Below, piece after piece: positions 1-9,678 of a DNA stretch of 64,000 bases. Made by a program: the position numbers and the translations under genes. The stretch comes from a plasmid, in the sequence record CP089609.1; one strand, 5' to 3'. The number at the start of each line of letters is the position of its first letter. The stretch's first letter is position 1. The notes below the pieces were generated by a model that was not told the DNA's origin, did not search any database, and saw only the letters and a list, made by a program, of their open reading frames with translations.

Positions 1-869
1 GCGGGGTCACGAAGTTCTTTCTGACGTCATCAGATGGTGAGAGCTACATCCCGCAACACGTGTTTTTGCCGGCGGATCCGGCGTTGGTGCCGCTGTTCCT
101 GGATGTTGATTTTGTGCAGCGCGGTTGGCGTGAGACCTGGCAGGGCTGGGTGGATCCGGCGCGGATCGTGGTGGAACATCACCGGTTGCGGGCGGAAGTG
201 TTCGGGCAGCCGGTGTTGCACGCGGTGGTGTCGTCGCGGGAAATCACCGGGTTGGGGCATCTGCTTCCCTCTGGGGTGAAGCTGGAAGTGGCCGCAGCTG
301 AAGACAATCCGTTCATCGATCCGGAGAAGGCGCGGGACGTGCCGGTGGGTGTGCCGGCGGGGCGTGCGCATCGCTTGTCGGTGCTGATGCCTCGGTTGTG
401 GGGTTTGGTGCAGCAGATGCCGAAGAGTCAACGGTGGTCGGCGGCGGTGGATTTGGCTACTGACGCCGCGAAGTCGACTGATGAGCGGCATGTTCGGACT
501 GGGTTGATCGTGCGGGATGCGGCGCCGATGGATGCGGTGGATCCGCATGGGCCGCTTCTGCACGGGATCCTCGATCATCTGCGCGACGGCGAGACGATCG
601 CTGTTGAGACGTGGCAGCAGCTGCAGACCGCGTACTTCACGCACCTGATGCAGTCGCAGTCGCGGCGCCACACCGGGGCGGACCTGACCGATGACACCGG
701 GTATGTGGATGCGTATCGGCGGGCCCGGGCGTACGAAGCTGCGTGGCTCCTGGATGCGCCGGAGGGGCCGTTGACTCCGGAATGGTTGGCCGATGTGGCG
801 TACGCGCATGTAGTTGCGACCGATGATGGGTATCGGACCGGTCAGCTGATGGCCGAGCGGGCCGCATAG
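1..869 (+). CDS. hypothetical protein, 5'-truncated by the window edge
   Basis: Open frame runs from position 3 with no stop until 867-869. The translation is protein-like (ORF 60..869). No recognisable motif. Confidence 0.4.
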   Translation, partial: GVTKFFLTSSDGESYIPQHVFLPADPALVPLFLDVDFVQRGWRETWQGWVDPARIVVEHHRLRAEVFGQPVLHAVVSSREITGLGHLLPSGVKLEVAAAEDNPFIDPEKARDVPVGVPAGRAHRLSVLMPRLWGLVQQMPKSQRWSAAVDLATDAAKSTDERHVRTGLIVRDAAPMDAVDPHGPLLHGILDHLRDGETIAVETWQQLQTAYFTHLMQSQSRRHTGADLTDDTGYVDAYRRARAYEAAWLLDAPEGPLTPEWLADVAYAHVVATDDGYRTGQLMAERAA

Positions 870-871
870 AC

Positions 872-1447
872 ATGACGCCGATTCACCTGGCCTACGCTGT
901 GCTGGCGCTGGCGTTGCTCATCTTGGCGCTCGCTTCGGTGCTGATTTGGCGCCATACCCGGTTCACCGCGATGGTGAATGCTGAGGAGGCCGCTGCGATC
1001 CGTCGTCACGATGCGGCCGATGAGCTGTTTCTGGAGGTGGTGGCGGAGAAAATCCGGGGCCTCATTGGGGAGGCCATGGCGCAAGCCGCGTTCAAACCTG
1101 ACGACACGGCGCTGCTTTCGCTGATCAGTGCGGGGGTGCTGGAAACTGTTGCCGCGCATGACGGTGACTCTGATGGCCCAGCTGCGCAGTGGTTTGATAG
1201 TTACCACCGTGAACTTGCTGAGGCCGCTGAGGCTGCGGCCGTGCTTATCGAGCCGTACTACCTCGACGCCGTCAATCCAGGCTTGGGTGCGCTGGTGAGC
1301 GTTCTTCGCTGGCAAGCGTCAGCGATCGAGTCACGACGTGACCGGGTCTTGGCGCGCCGTCGGTCGCAGATCGAGGATTTCGATCGTTGGCAAGCCGTAG
1401 CCCAGCGGCCTTCGATCGGTGTAGCGCGGCTGCAGAAGCGGCCATAG
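872..1447 (+). CDS. hypothetical membrane protein
   Basis: ATG immediately after the upstream stop. N-terminal hydrophobic helix (LAYAVLALALLILALASVLIW). Confidence 0.4.
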   Translation: MTPIHLAYAVLALALLILALASVLIWRHTRFTAMVNAEEAAAIRRHDAADELFLEVVAEKIRGLIGEAMAQAAFKPDDTALLSLISAGVLETVAAHDGDSDGPAAQWFDSYHRELAEAAEAAAVLIEPYYLDAVNPGLGALVSVLRWQASAIESRRDRVLARRRSQIEDFDRWQAVAQRPSIGVARLQKRP

Positions 1448-1527
1448 CCAGCCGGAAGGACAACCTAGAGCCGCAGCAGATGGCCAGAGCTACCGCAGCT
1501 GGGTTGTAGGGGCGGATACTTGATTGG

Positions 1528-1896
1528 GTGGACGACGACGCGCTGCGTGAGGCGTTGATCGCGAAGGCGGCAAGTGAGCTGGCCCGGCTGGTGACGTGGA
1601 CTCGGGCCGAGCGAGCGGTGCGCGGTGACGACGATAAGCACGCTGCCTGGCTTGATGCGATGATCGCTGGCCTGGAGCCCGTTGCCGAAGGCATCGGCGA
1701 TGTTGAGACGTCGATGGCGATGCGCCGGGTGGTCCAACAGCATGGCGGCGCCGGCCCCGCTGACCCGTGGACCGTTGAAGACTTCGCGGCGATGACCGGT
1801 CGCGATGTGGAATCAGTGCGCCGCGTGCTGGCCGGCTGGACCGCAGCCGGCTTGGCCTGGCCGCTGCCACCAGATGAGGGTGGTGATTCTTGTTGA
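1528..1896 (+). CDS. hypothetical protein
   Basis: GTG start, 122 aa, protein-like composition. Confidence 0.3.
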   Translation: MDDDALREALIAKAASELARLVTWTRAERAVRGDDDKHAAWLDAMIAGLEPVAEGIGDVETSMAMRRVVQQHGGAGPADPWTVEDFAAMTGRDVESVRRVLAGWTAAGLAWPLPPDEGGDSC

Positions 1897-2166
1897 TCGG
1901 CGTGTGCGGCGGGCTGTTCAGCTGGCTGCTGTGGCTTTCTGGTTGCGGGGGTGAGCGAGCCGGTAGGAGTCGGTGCCGGTCTCAATGATGGTGCCGCCGA
2001 AGGTAAGTCGATCGACAATCGCGGCGTACAGCCTTGGGTCGGTACAGGTTCTCATCCAGCATGAAGAAGAAGGCCTCGTTGCTCGCGATGGCGATGGCGT
2101 TGTCTTCCTCACGCCCGGCTATAACCTGGAACAGCAGTTCGGCTCTACCGGGGTTTCCGTGTCGTT

Positions 2167-2424
2167 TTAGTAGTGGTATCGCGCTTTGAGGATTTTCGCT
2201 TCGGTGTCTTTGGCTCGGTAGACGATTCGGTGTTCGTCGTCGATGCGGCGTGACCAGTATCCAGATAGGTCGCCCTTGAGCGGTTCGGGTTTTCCGATTC
2301 CGGTGAACGGGTTGCGCTGGATTTCTCCAATGATCCTGGTGATACGTCGGGCTGTTTTGCGGTCTGAGGCCAGCCAGTACTGGAAGTCTTCCCAGGCGGC
2401 GGGATCGAAGTGAATGCTTCTCAC
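2167..2424 (-). CDS. yoeB: YoeB/Txe-family toxin (mRNA interferase)
   Basis: 85 aa with the YoeB signature (...[12 protein letters not shown]...[33 protein letters not shown]...ARYHY). GTG start overlaps the antitoxin stop in a GTGA arrangement. Confidence 0.8.
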   Translation of the reverse strand: MRSIHFDPAAWEDFQYWLASDRKTARRITRIIGEIQRNPFTGIGKPEPLKGDLSGYWSRRIDDEHRIVYRAKDTEAKILKARYHY

Positions 2425-2711
2425 TCCGCGCCGCCGGCCATCTCCTGGAGCTGCTCGATGGTTGCGGTGACCGCAGTGCTGGTGGAGTCCTTGTCGCGGG
2501 CAACCGCTTCCATGAGGCGGCGGGCATTTTCCGGCGACCGGAGGAGGTAGACGGTTTCTTGCCAGGCATCGTAGTCGTTGGCGGACATGAGCACCGCGTC
2601 GCCTGATTTGGAGGTGATGCGGACGGGTGTGTGGTCGTTGTTGACTTGTTCGAGGAGTGGGAAGAGTTTCTGGCGGGCTTCGCTGGCGCTGATAGACATG
2701 GACCGAACCAT
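2421..2711 (-). CDS. yefM: YefM/Phd-family antitoxin
   Basis: 96 aa Phd/YefM-like N-terminus ([19 protein letters not shown]...[35 protein letters not shown]). Sits upstream of, and is translationally coupled to, yoeB. Confidence 0.8.
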   Translation of the reverse strand: MVRSMSISASEARQKLFPLLEQVNNDHTPVRITSKSGDAVLMSANDYDAWQETVYLLRSPENARRLMEAVARDKDSTSTAVTATIEQLQEMAGGAE

Positions 2712-2875
2712 CCCTTTTCTTGTACGGGTTTGTTGTACTTCGACTGTACAGATTTTCTGTACGCTCTGAGCGGCGTCGCTGCCACACCGAGCTGTTTGTT
2801 AGGTGTAGTTTCCGGTAGCGTTTCCGGGTAGTATTTGAAGTTGAGATAGCCGGTGGCGATGGATGGAGGTGCAGA

Positions 2876-3268
2876 ATGGCTGTTCTAACTACTTCAGCGG
2901 CTGAGCGTCTTGACTTCGAGGCGGCATCACTGCCGATCCGCGAGGTCGCGGGCTATCTGCAAGACGCCGTGGGACAGCGGGTCGCCGCGGCGATCGCCGG
3001 GCTGTCCGACGCCAAGCAGATCGGCCGCTACGCGCGCGGCGAGGCCCGCCCGCATGCGACAACCGATCGGCGTCTGCGCGAGGGCTACAAGGTGGTTCGG
3101 ATGCTCGTCGACGCTTATGACGCGACTACTGCCAAGGCATGGCTGTTCGGGACGAACACTCGTCTGGACGATCAGGCTCCGATCGAGGTGTTGGGCGCTG
3201 CAACACGGAGCGCGGAATTCACGATGACCGTCCAGGCCGCTCGGCAGGTCGCTAGCTTTCAGGGGTGA
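2876..3268 (+). CDS. Xre-family (DUF2384-like) antitoxin of a RES-Xre toxin-antitoxin module
   Basis: 130 aa. The stop overlaps the start of the RES-domain gene. GGAGG-type Shine-Dalgarno upstream. Size and position match MbcA/ParS-type antitoxins. Confidence 0.65.
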   Translation: MAVLTTSAAERLDFEAASLPIREVAGYLQDAVGQRVAAAIAGLSDAKQIGRYARGEARPHATTDRRLREGYKVVRMLVDAYDATTAKAWLFGTNTRLDDQAPIEVLGAATRSAEFTMTVQAARQVASFQG

Positions 3269-3924
3269 GCGAAACCACCGTGGGCCCGCTGTGGCGAGTT
3301 GGGTATCACGCTGCACCGCTAGCGTTCACTCCGCTGGACATGTATTCCTTCAACCATCGTTTCGACGACACGGCTGAGTTGCATCGGTTCCGGACAATGT
3401 ATTTCGCCGATGTTCAGGAGACATGCTTGCGGGAAGTCTTGGCAGACTTCAGAACCAACTTGGCCGCTAGACAGCGTCACATCGAGCGTTACGGCCCTGA
3501 GGCCGCCCACGACATTCCGGCCAAGCCAGTAACCACGAAATGGCGGCGGGAGAACGTACTTGTTCCGGCACGCCTCGAGCTGGACGCGGAGCTGGTCGAC
3601 CTGTTCGATCCTGGGGTCCGCCAGGATCTGGAGGACCGCCACCAACGATTGCTGGTGGCGCACGAGATGGAACACCTGGACCTGCATCAGATCACCGCCA
3701 AACGTCGCATCGTGACCCAGACAATCGCCGGTGACCTCTTCGAGCGGGGTGCAGCTGGCGTTCGGTTCCCGTCATGTCTCGATGGCGGGCCTTGCGTTGC
3801 GCTCTTCGAGCACCGAGGCAACTCGGTCGCGGCCGGCGGTGTCGTGGCCTTAACCGACCCGGCACCAGGCGCACTCATCACAGTGACCGACCAGTGGAAG
3901 CTTGAGCGGGAGCCAGCATCGTAG
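3265..3924 (+). CDS. RES-domain toxin (MbcT/ParT-like NAD+-degrading toxin family)
   Basis: 219 aa. N-terminal LWRVGYH motif, a conserved Glu region (LLVAHEMEHLD), and a G-x-RFPS...VALFEH serine motif typical of the RES domain. Confidence 0.75.
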   Translation: MSETTVGPLWRVGYHAAPLAFTPLDMYSFNHRFDDTAELHRFRTMYFADVQETCLREVLADFRTNLAARQRHIERYGPEAAHDIPAKPVTTKWRRENVLVPARLELDAELVDLFDPGVRQDLEDRHQRLLVAHEMEHLDLHQITAKRRIVTQTIAGDLFERGAAGVRFPSCLDGGPCVALFEHRGNSVAAGGVVALTDPAPGALITVTDQWKLEREPAS

Positions 3925-3962
3925 GCCGGCGCAACGCTGACGCCATCGCCGCTGGATCGTGA

Positions 3963-4541
3963 TCAAACAACGGGTGGATAGATTGTTTGCCGGGTGGCTG
4001 GTGTGTCGGTGCCGAGGATCGCGTTGATGAGTTGGGCGAGCACTGCTGGGATTCGGCCGGCGTGTTTCGGGTCGTCGGTGCGGGCGTGTTCGATTTCGGT
4101 TTCGATGTCGCCGCCGCGGGGTTGTCCGATGTAGAAGCGTAATCCGCTGCGCTCCAGGGCAATGAGTGTTCGTTGTTCGATGCGGTGCGGGTGAGCGCTG
4201 GGTGGTGGTTGGGTGTCGCGTTGTCGTACCGCCCGGCGGGCCTCGTCGTGGTCTTTGTAGTTGATGGTCCATGCTTCGCAGAAGAAGGCGACACCGATGA
4301 AGCTTGGTGGGATGATGCGGCGGAATTCTGCGGCGTTGTCTTCGACGGCTTGGGCGAATTCACCGAGGATCTCGACGGGGTGGCCGAGGTTGAAGATGTC
4401 TTGCGGGATGGGGAAGAGTTCCAATGAGACGTTGCCGTTGGTGAGTTTCAGCCAGTACAGCTGCGGTGGTTCGTCCCAGTTTCGCCTTGCGGCCAGGTTG
4501 TCGGCCAGTACGTCGGTGATGCTGTTGGCCAGTTGATTCAT
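3963..4541 (-). CDS. hypothetical protein
   Basis: 192 aa ORF with balanced composition. Confidence 0.4.
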   Translation of the reverse strand: MNQLANSITDVLADNLAARRNWDEPPQLYWLKLTNGNVSLELFPIPQDIFNLGHPVEILGEFAQAVEDNAAEFRRIIPPSFIGVAFFCEAWTINYKDHDEARRAVRQRDTQPPPSAHPHRIEQRTLIALERSGLRFYIGQPRGGDIETEIEHARTDDPKHAGRIPAVLAQLINAILGTDTPATRQTIYPPVV

Positions 4542-4584
4542 GGTGGAAGTTGTCCTGTCCCAGTTTGTTTCGGGGAGTGCAGCT

Positions 4585-5049
4585 CTAGTTGCCTTGGATG
4601 TGCTTGTGCTGTTCTTCGATGGTTGGTTCGGCGATTCGTGTCCAGAACAGTTCGCTGAATTCGCGGTGGTCGTCGGCCGTCCACCCTTCGCTTTTGAGGT
4701 AGAACCGGAGGCTGTCGAGGAGGTCGTCGACTGGCCATGGGATTTGGTCGAGGTCTTCCTGTTTGGTGCGGACTCGTGTCCATAGTCCGGTGATGAGATT
4801 CAGTGCAGCGGTGTGGTGGCCGGTGGTCCAGAGTCGCTGGAATACCAGGGGAAGCGGATCAACGAGGCTGGGCACGCGGCGTGTCTGTCCATCGCTCGTG
4901 TACTTGCCCTCGACCAGTGTCACGTTTCCATTGAGCACGGTTTCAACGGCACTTCGGTACATCCAGTCGATGTAGACAGCCCACACCTCATCTGCGTTGA
5001 GGGCGGCTAATGCCTGGGCCTTCCACTGCTCATTCGGTGGCGTCGTCAT
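4585..5049 (-). CDS. hypothetical protein
   Basis: Internal ATG at 5049 preceded by GGGAGGAACCAC (good Shine-Dalgarno). 154 aa. The upstream part of the ORF is Arg/Pro-rich frame noise. Confidence 0.45.
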   Translation of the reverse strand: MTTPPNEQWKAQALAALNADEVWAVYIDWMYRSAVETVLNGNVTLVEGKYTSDGQTRRVPSLVDPLPLVFQRLWTTGHHTAALNLITGLWTRVRTKQEDLDQIPWPVDDLLDSLRFYLKSEGWTADDHREFSELFWTRIAEPTIEEQHKHIQGN

Positions 5050-5089
5050 GTGGTTCCTCCCTGGATTTGGTCGTCTGCTGGTGCTGGGT

Positions 5090-5641
5090 TCAGCGGCGGA
5101 ATCCTCGGTCGGCCGCGCGGGGTTCGGAGCCGTCGAAGGTGGTGAACCAGGTTTCTGGTGCCGGCACGCCGTCGCCCCATTCGGGAGCCTCACCGGGTGT
5201 CAGCTGCCAGTCGAGGTGTGTGTCGCCGATGAGAGCGTTCGTCGCTGATTCCCAGTCTGCGTCGTCTGCGGTTTCGGGAAGGGCGTCGATGTCCTCGCCG
5301 TATTGGCCGTCCATCCACATAGATTGAGCGGTGGCGATGGAAACCAGGAGCGCGACCTCCTCGGCCACGCAGCGCGGGTGAGGTAAGCGCCCGGCTTCCA
5401 GGTCCAAGGCGAGGTCGTCGAAGGCCCGGGCCATCTGACGTCGCCACCGGACGGGCTTTTCCCAACTGGCCTCGGGGAGCCGATCGAACATCGACCACCA
5501 GTGCGAGGTGTCCTCTAGCGGTTGGTCGTCGTGTTCCTCGACGTCGTCGTAGGCGTCGTCGGCGTGCACCCACAGGTAGGTGCGCAGCAGTTCGCGTTGG
5601 CGCGGAGTCAGTTTCAGTCGGAACGGCGTTACCTGGCTCAT
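5090..5641 (-). CDS. hypothetical acidic protein
   Basis: 183 aa, Asp/Glu-rich, with an ATGA overlap to the upstream gene. Confidence 0.4.
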   Translation of the reverse strand: MSQVTPFRLKLTPRQRELLRTYLWVHADDAYDDVEEHDDQPLEDTSHWWSMFDRLPEASWEKPVRWRRQMARAFDDLALDLEAGRLPHPRCVAEEVALLVSIATAQSMWMDGQYGEDIDALPETADDADWESATNALIGDTHLDWQLTPGEAPEWGDGVPAPETWFTTFDGSEPRAADRGFRR

Positions 5642-5838
5642 CGGCGGTTCATTTTTCGGGTGAGCTGTTCCACTCGCATCGCGTATCTGTCGATCGCCGC
5701 CTGGTCTTGCTGTGCGATCGCTTCGTCGACCGAGTCGCTCAATTCTCGTAGTCGCTGGATCATCTGCGATTCGTGATCAGGTATGGCCGTGACGGCGTTG
5801 CGTGCGATGGCCGACATCGCGCGAAGTTGGAGGAGCAT
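5638..5838 (-). CDS. hypothetical small protein; 5' end adjacent to the IS605 left end
   Basis: ORF 5638..5898. The first 20 codons of the ORF are encoded by the IS subterminal hairpin, so the start is probably the internal ATG at 5838. Confidence 0.3.
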   Translation of the reverse strand: MLLQLRAMSAIARNAVTAIPDHESQMIQRLRELSDSVDEAIAQQDQAAIDRYAMRVEQLTRKMNRR

Positions 5839-5860
5839 CGCATCTGCCGTTTGACGTGCT

Positions 5861-5880
5861 CCCCGGACTGAAGTCCGGGG
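5861..5880. repeat. IS605 left-end subterminal hairpin
   Basis: Perfect palindrome CCCCGGACT-GA-AGTCCGGGG. Confidence 0.7.
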
Positions 5881-5894
5881 ATTCCCGTGGCGGC

Positions 5895-7102
5895 TCACGC
5901 CGCTGTTGGGGTGCTTCCTGTTTCAACACCCACTGCCGCAACGGGTTGCGGTCTTACACGGGCTCCGCAGGCGTTTAGTCTCTCTGCCCGCCCGGCAGCG
6001 AGAATGACCTTGGCGGCGTTGTGGTCGCGGTCGTGGGTGGCCTGGCATGACGGGCACGTCCAGGTGCGGATCTGTAGCGGCAATTCGTCGAGCACATACT
6101 CACACCCGGGGTGGAGCAGGTTTTGCTCGACGCCAGCCACCGCGACACCGTGTGGACGGTACGCCCGTAGTGGTCGGCTTTCTCGCCGATGATCTTCACG
6201 AACTGCCCCCACCCCGCATCACTGATGGCACGTGCAAGCCGGCGATTGCGGACCATCCCAGCGATGTTGAGGTCTTCGACGTGGATCACTTGATTCTCGC
6301 GAACCAACGTCAAAGCCTGCTTGTGGTGATAGTCCCGCCGAGCACGAGCAACCTCGTTATGCGCGATCGCGACCTTGCGCCGCGACTTGTCCCTGTTGGC
6401 TGATCCTTTCTGCCGCCGGGACTTCTCCCTCTCCAACCGGCGCAACTTGCGCAGCTTGCGGCCCAAATGCTTCGGGTTGGCAATATCGCCGCGCTGGCCA
6501 TCGCTGGCAGCGATCGTCGCCAGCCGAGCGACACCTACATCCACGCCCGCCTCCCGGTCCACCAGCGGCAGCGGTGCGGCGGCGACCTCGACGACGAAGC
6601 TCGCGTAGAAATGGCCATCCGGTTCCCGGATGATCGTGACCGACGACGGCGCCGACGGTAACTCCCGCGACCAGCGCACCCGCACCTCGCCAACCTTGGC
6701 CACAAACAACCGACCGTTGGCACGGATCGAGAAACCATTACGGGTGAGCCGGAACGAGTGCCGGTGATCCTTGCGGGATTTGAACCGCGGGCGACCCACC
6801 CGCCGGCCCTTGCGCTTCCCACTGGCCGAATCAAAGAAATTCCGCCACGCCCGCCGGGAATCGTTGACCGACTGCACCAACGCCACACTGGGCACCTCAG
6901 CCAGCCAGCCCCGTTCCTCGGTGGTCTTGGCCACGGTGATCACCTGACGCTGAATCTCACTGTCGGACAACTTCACCCCGGCCCGATAGGCCTCATCACG
7001 CACACGCAACGCGTCGTTGAACACCACCCGAGTGCATCCGAACACCCGCGCCAACATCGCCTGCTGGGCCGGTGTCGGTTCCATGCGATACCGATAACGC
7101 AT
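5895..7102 (-). pseudogene. tnpB: IS605-family TnpB (OrfB, RuvC-like), apparently frameshifted near the Zn-finger
   Basis: The N-terminal 390 aa are in frame 5975..7141 (MRYRYRMEPTPAQQ...DPAYTSRW-like ...[12 protein letters not shown]). The C-terminal Zn-finger ([35 protein letters not shown]) is in a different frame (5895..6212). This implies a one-nucleotide shift near 6110-6130. Confidence 0.7.
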
Positions 7103-7131
7103 CTGCACACCCACGACCCTAAAGGCCACCT

Positions 7132-7545
7132 GTGACAACACAGTCCTACCGACGCGCCCGCCACAGCGTTTCCTTGCTACACACCCACCTGGTGTTCGTG
7201 ACCAAATACCGCCGTGCGGTCCTCACCGACGACATGCTCACCTTCACCGAACACACCATGCGCGGCGTGTGCGACGAGCTCAGCGCCGATCTGGTCGAGT
7301 TCAACGGCGAAGCCGACCACGTCCACCTACTGGTCTCCTACCCACCCGCGCTGGCGATCTCGACTCTGGTGCAGCGACTCAAAGGCCGCACCGCGTACGC
7401 GGTCCGCCGCGAATACACCGGCGCCTGTGTCCGTGCGCGAATGCGCGGGCACCTCTGGTCGCCGTCCTATTTCGCCGTCTCCTGCGGAGGTGCACCACTG
7501 TCGATCATCAAGCAGTACATCGACGGCCAAGCACGACCACTCTGA
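7132..7545 (+). CDS. tnpA: IS200-like Y1 (HuH) transposase TnpA
   Basis: 137 aa with SLLHTHLVFVTKYRR...GEADHVHLLVSYPP...LKGRTAY...HLWSPSYF. HuH and Tyr motifs present. Confidence 0.85.
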   Translation: MTTQSYRRARHSVSLLHTHLVFVTKYRRAVLTDDMLTFTEHTMRGVCDELSADLVEFNGEADHVHLLVSYPPALAISTLVQRLKGRTAYAVRREYTGACVRARMRGHLWSPSYFAVSCGGAPLSIIKQYIDGQARPL

Positions 7546-7583
7546 ATACCGGGCTACGCCCGGCGACACACGGGATGGACTCA

Positions 7584-7603
7584 CCCCGGACTAAAGTCCG
7601 AGG
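7584..7603. repeat. IS605 right-end subterminal hairpin
   Basis: CCCCGGACT-AA-AGTCCGAGG, same orientation and near-identical to the left-end hairpin. Confidence 0.7.
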
Positions 7604-7995
7604 CTTGCGCCCAAGAACCCGGTCAACGGCCGAAGGCACCGTCTCCCAGGCCAAGGCACGTAGGCCCGCTTCGATCTTCTCCATGAAGGCGGCAGCGCGA
7701 ACAGGTTAGAGACGAACTGGACTTCGTCTCCGGTTATCTGGTGGTCCGGGTAATACTGCTCGACCAGCTCCCAGAATGCCGTGGGTGAGATGACGTCACC
7801 GGCCGCGGCGGCAAGCGCTATCACCACCTCTGGGGTCTCGGACCGTTTCTTGCTGTCCAAGACGATCGCGACGAGATGTTGCTGGAGCCGCCGGCGAACC
7901 TGGGCGAACTGCACCTCGTGTTTCGCGGTGTCGGTGGCGACGGCAAGTCTTTCGCCTAGGCGACGCACTGCGGCTGCCGTTTCACTGGCGGTCAT
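7591..7995 (-). CDS. hypothetical protein; C-terminus and stop lie inside the IS605 right-end hairpin
   Basis: Start ATG at 7995 overlaps the upstream HTH gene stop by 4 nt. The last roughly 10 codons and the TAG are contributed by IS sequence. Confidence 0.35.
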   Translation of the reverse strand: MTASETAAAVRRLGERLAVATDTAKHEVQFAQVRRRLQQHLVAIVLDSKKRSETPEVVIALAAAAGDVISPTAFWELVEQYYPDHQITGDEVQFVSNLFALPPSWRRSKRAYVPWPGRRCLRPLTGFLGASLGL

Positions 7996-8507
7996 AAAGA
8001 GTGGGCCTCTTTCATCTCTGGACACGTGGTGTAGGTGATGTGCAGTCGGCCACCAACCAATGTGCGGAGTCGGATCGCGGTTGCGCGGTAGAACGTGGCC
8101 GGCAGTGGCCGGTCGAGGCCTGGGACAGAGTTTGCTGGTGATGCAGTGGCGTGATCATCGGTGACATTGGCGTCTACGCGCGGCACCTCGACCACGGGCC
8201 AGTCTTCCGGCGGCAGGGACTCGAGCAGCTCGTCGAAGGCCGCCACTGTGTTGGCCAGCCGGCGGCCAGCGGTATCGATCGCGACGACTGGGCTTTGATC
8301 GTCGAGCCAGTCCTTGAGTGCAGTGGCGACGTCGGCATCCATCTGCGCGTCGAGCCGCGTCAGTAGTTCGACAATGTCGGCGCGCAAGGGGATCGCTCCG
8401 TCTTCCCAGCGTCGGACGGTGCGTTGGTCGACGTGAACGGCGTCTGCGAGCCATTGTGCGGAGAGGCCGAGTGACTCGCGGATTGTCTTGAATTCGGCTG
8501 GGGTCAT
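7992..8507 (-). CDS. XRE-family helix-turn-helix transcriptional regulator
   Basis: N-terminus MTPAEFKTIRESLGLSAQWLADAVHVDQRTVRRWEDG is a classic HTH_XRE. It is divergent from operator copy 1. Confidence 0.6.
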   Translation of the reverse strand: MTPAEFKTIRESLGLSAQWLADAVHVDQRTVRRWEDGAIPLRADIVELLTRLDAQMDADVATALKDWLDDQSPVVAIDTAGRRLANTVAAFDELLESLPPEDWPVVEVPRVDANVTDDHATASPANSVPGLDRPLPATFYRATAIRLRTLVGGRLHITYTTCPEMKEAHSL

Positions 8508-8744
8508 TGGAGGGTTGGGATTCGCCTCTGGTGGTGCACAGCGTCTTTGACGGTCAGCATTGGCTGACGGCCCCCTTCCGGTCGACGACGATCTTTACGC
8601 TACGCCCTAAGTTAGGGCATGACCAAGGGCGAATCGCCTTCCGCCTTGTTTGTTCACCGCGTAGCGTGAGCCGTGGCTGCCGGACCGGTCACTCCCCCTC
8701 AGGACTGGCCCGGCAGCCATTTTCTTTCTGGAATACCTCGGCAT

Positions 8745-8764
8745 ATACACCCGTTCCGGTGTAT
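8745..8764. promoter_or_regulatory. Operator palindrome copy 1 (ATACACC-CGTTCC-GGTGTAT) overlapping a -10-like TATGGT
   Basis: Perfect 7-6-7 inverted repeat in the intergenic region between the divergent HTH gene (8507) and the 8858 operon. Confidence 0.6.
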
Positions 8765-8857
8765 GGTGAGAGTCGAGTATGGACTGGGCCGCAGCCAGGA
8801 AGTTTCAGGGATGAGTGGTGCACGAGCAGCGAGGACAGGCGCCGAGGGGACTGATCG

Positions 8858-9121
8858 ATGAGTGCAGCTTCGCTTGACGACCGGATCGTGCACACGGTGA
8901 TCGTGTACGCCGATGTCGGTGGCCTGGAGCACTCCGTGGTGATCGCGGACGAAGTCGACGGGCAGTTGCGTACCGGTCCAGAATTCGACGTGGACGGGGG
9001 CTGTGATCTGGTGGTGCCCGCCAATGCCGGAGCGTTCGGGAATGAGCTGCTAGTGTCGCTCAATTTTTCCGATCTGGCGGCATTTGTCCACGCCGTCGAA
9101 GCTCGCGAACAGTCTTCATAA
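8858..9121 (+). CDS. hypothetical protein
   Basis: 87 aa. GAGGGGA Shine-Dalgarno. First gene downstream of operator copy 1. Confidence 0.45.
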   Translation: MSAASLDDRIVHTVIVYADVGGLEHSVVIADEVDGQLRTGPEFDVDGGCDLVVPANAGAFGNELLVSLNFSDLAAFVHAVEAREQSS

Positions 9122-9159
9122 CAGTCCCAATGTTCATCTACCAGTGAGGAATACAGAGT

Positions 9160-9591
9160 ATGTCGCAGCACGACGATGGCGCCGATGACTCGGTCGTAGG
9201 AAATGCGCTGATGGAGGCGATCTTCCAGGAGTGGTACAGCGAGCATGGCGAGTTCGATGATTTGGAACTCACCAGCGCTGAGGAGTTGCGTGACTACATC
9301 AGCCGCGCGGTGCGGCGCTCTGGCGGTGCGGAGTTGATTGCGATCGAGCGTGCACGACAGGTTGTCGAGGAGGGCTACACGCTCGAACACGATCGTGAAC
9401 TTGGCGTTGGCCAGATCGCGCGAGCGGCGGAGGCCTACCTCACCAGGTTTCCTGAGCGGCATCCATGGCCGGCCGAGACGCTGAAGCTCTCCGGTGACAT
9501 CCTCCGAAATCTGGTCAAGGCTGGAGCACTGATCGCGGCCGCGATCGACGTGGAGCTGGCTCACAAAGCCGATCAGACTCGCACCACTTGA
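9160..9591 (+). CDS. hypothetical protein
   Basis: 143 aa. AGGAA Shine-Dalgarno upstream. Confidence 0.45.
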   Translation: MSQHDDGADDSVVGNALMEAIFQEWYSEHGEFDDLELTSAEELRDYISRAVRRSGGAELIAIERARQVVEEGYTLEHDRELGVGQIARAAEAYLTRFPERHPWPAETLKLSGDILRNLVKAGALIAAAIDVELAHKADQTRTT

Positions 9592-9678
9592 GAGCCACGG
9601 TGAGCGACACCGAGCAGCCAGCCGGAATTGTCTGTAGGCAACTGAAGTGTCGACACAAACCCAGAGGAGAAATGAAAA

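Larger units (their letters stand above)
5850..7615. mobile_element. IS200/IS605-family insertion sequence (IS605-type, divergent tnpA and tnpB)
   Basis: Contains a Y1 HuH transposase (tnpA) and a TnpB. Matching subterminal hairpins sit at both ends (5861-5880 CCCCGGACTGAAGTCCGGGG; 7584-7603 CCCCGGACTAAAGTCCGAGG). No inverted repeats, as expected for this family. Confidence 0.8.

Noticed and set aside
1918-2170. Short ORFs on both strands between the 1528 gene and yoeB
   Set aside because: Fragments in two minus frames (…AFFFMLDENLY / RLYAAIVDRLTFGG…) look like a degraded gene remnant. No start or Shine-Dalgarno could be assigned, so it was not called.
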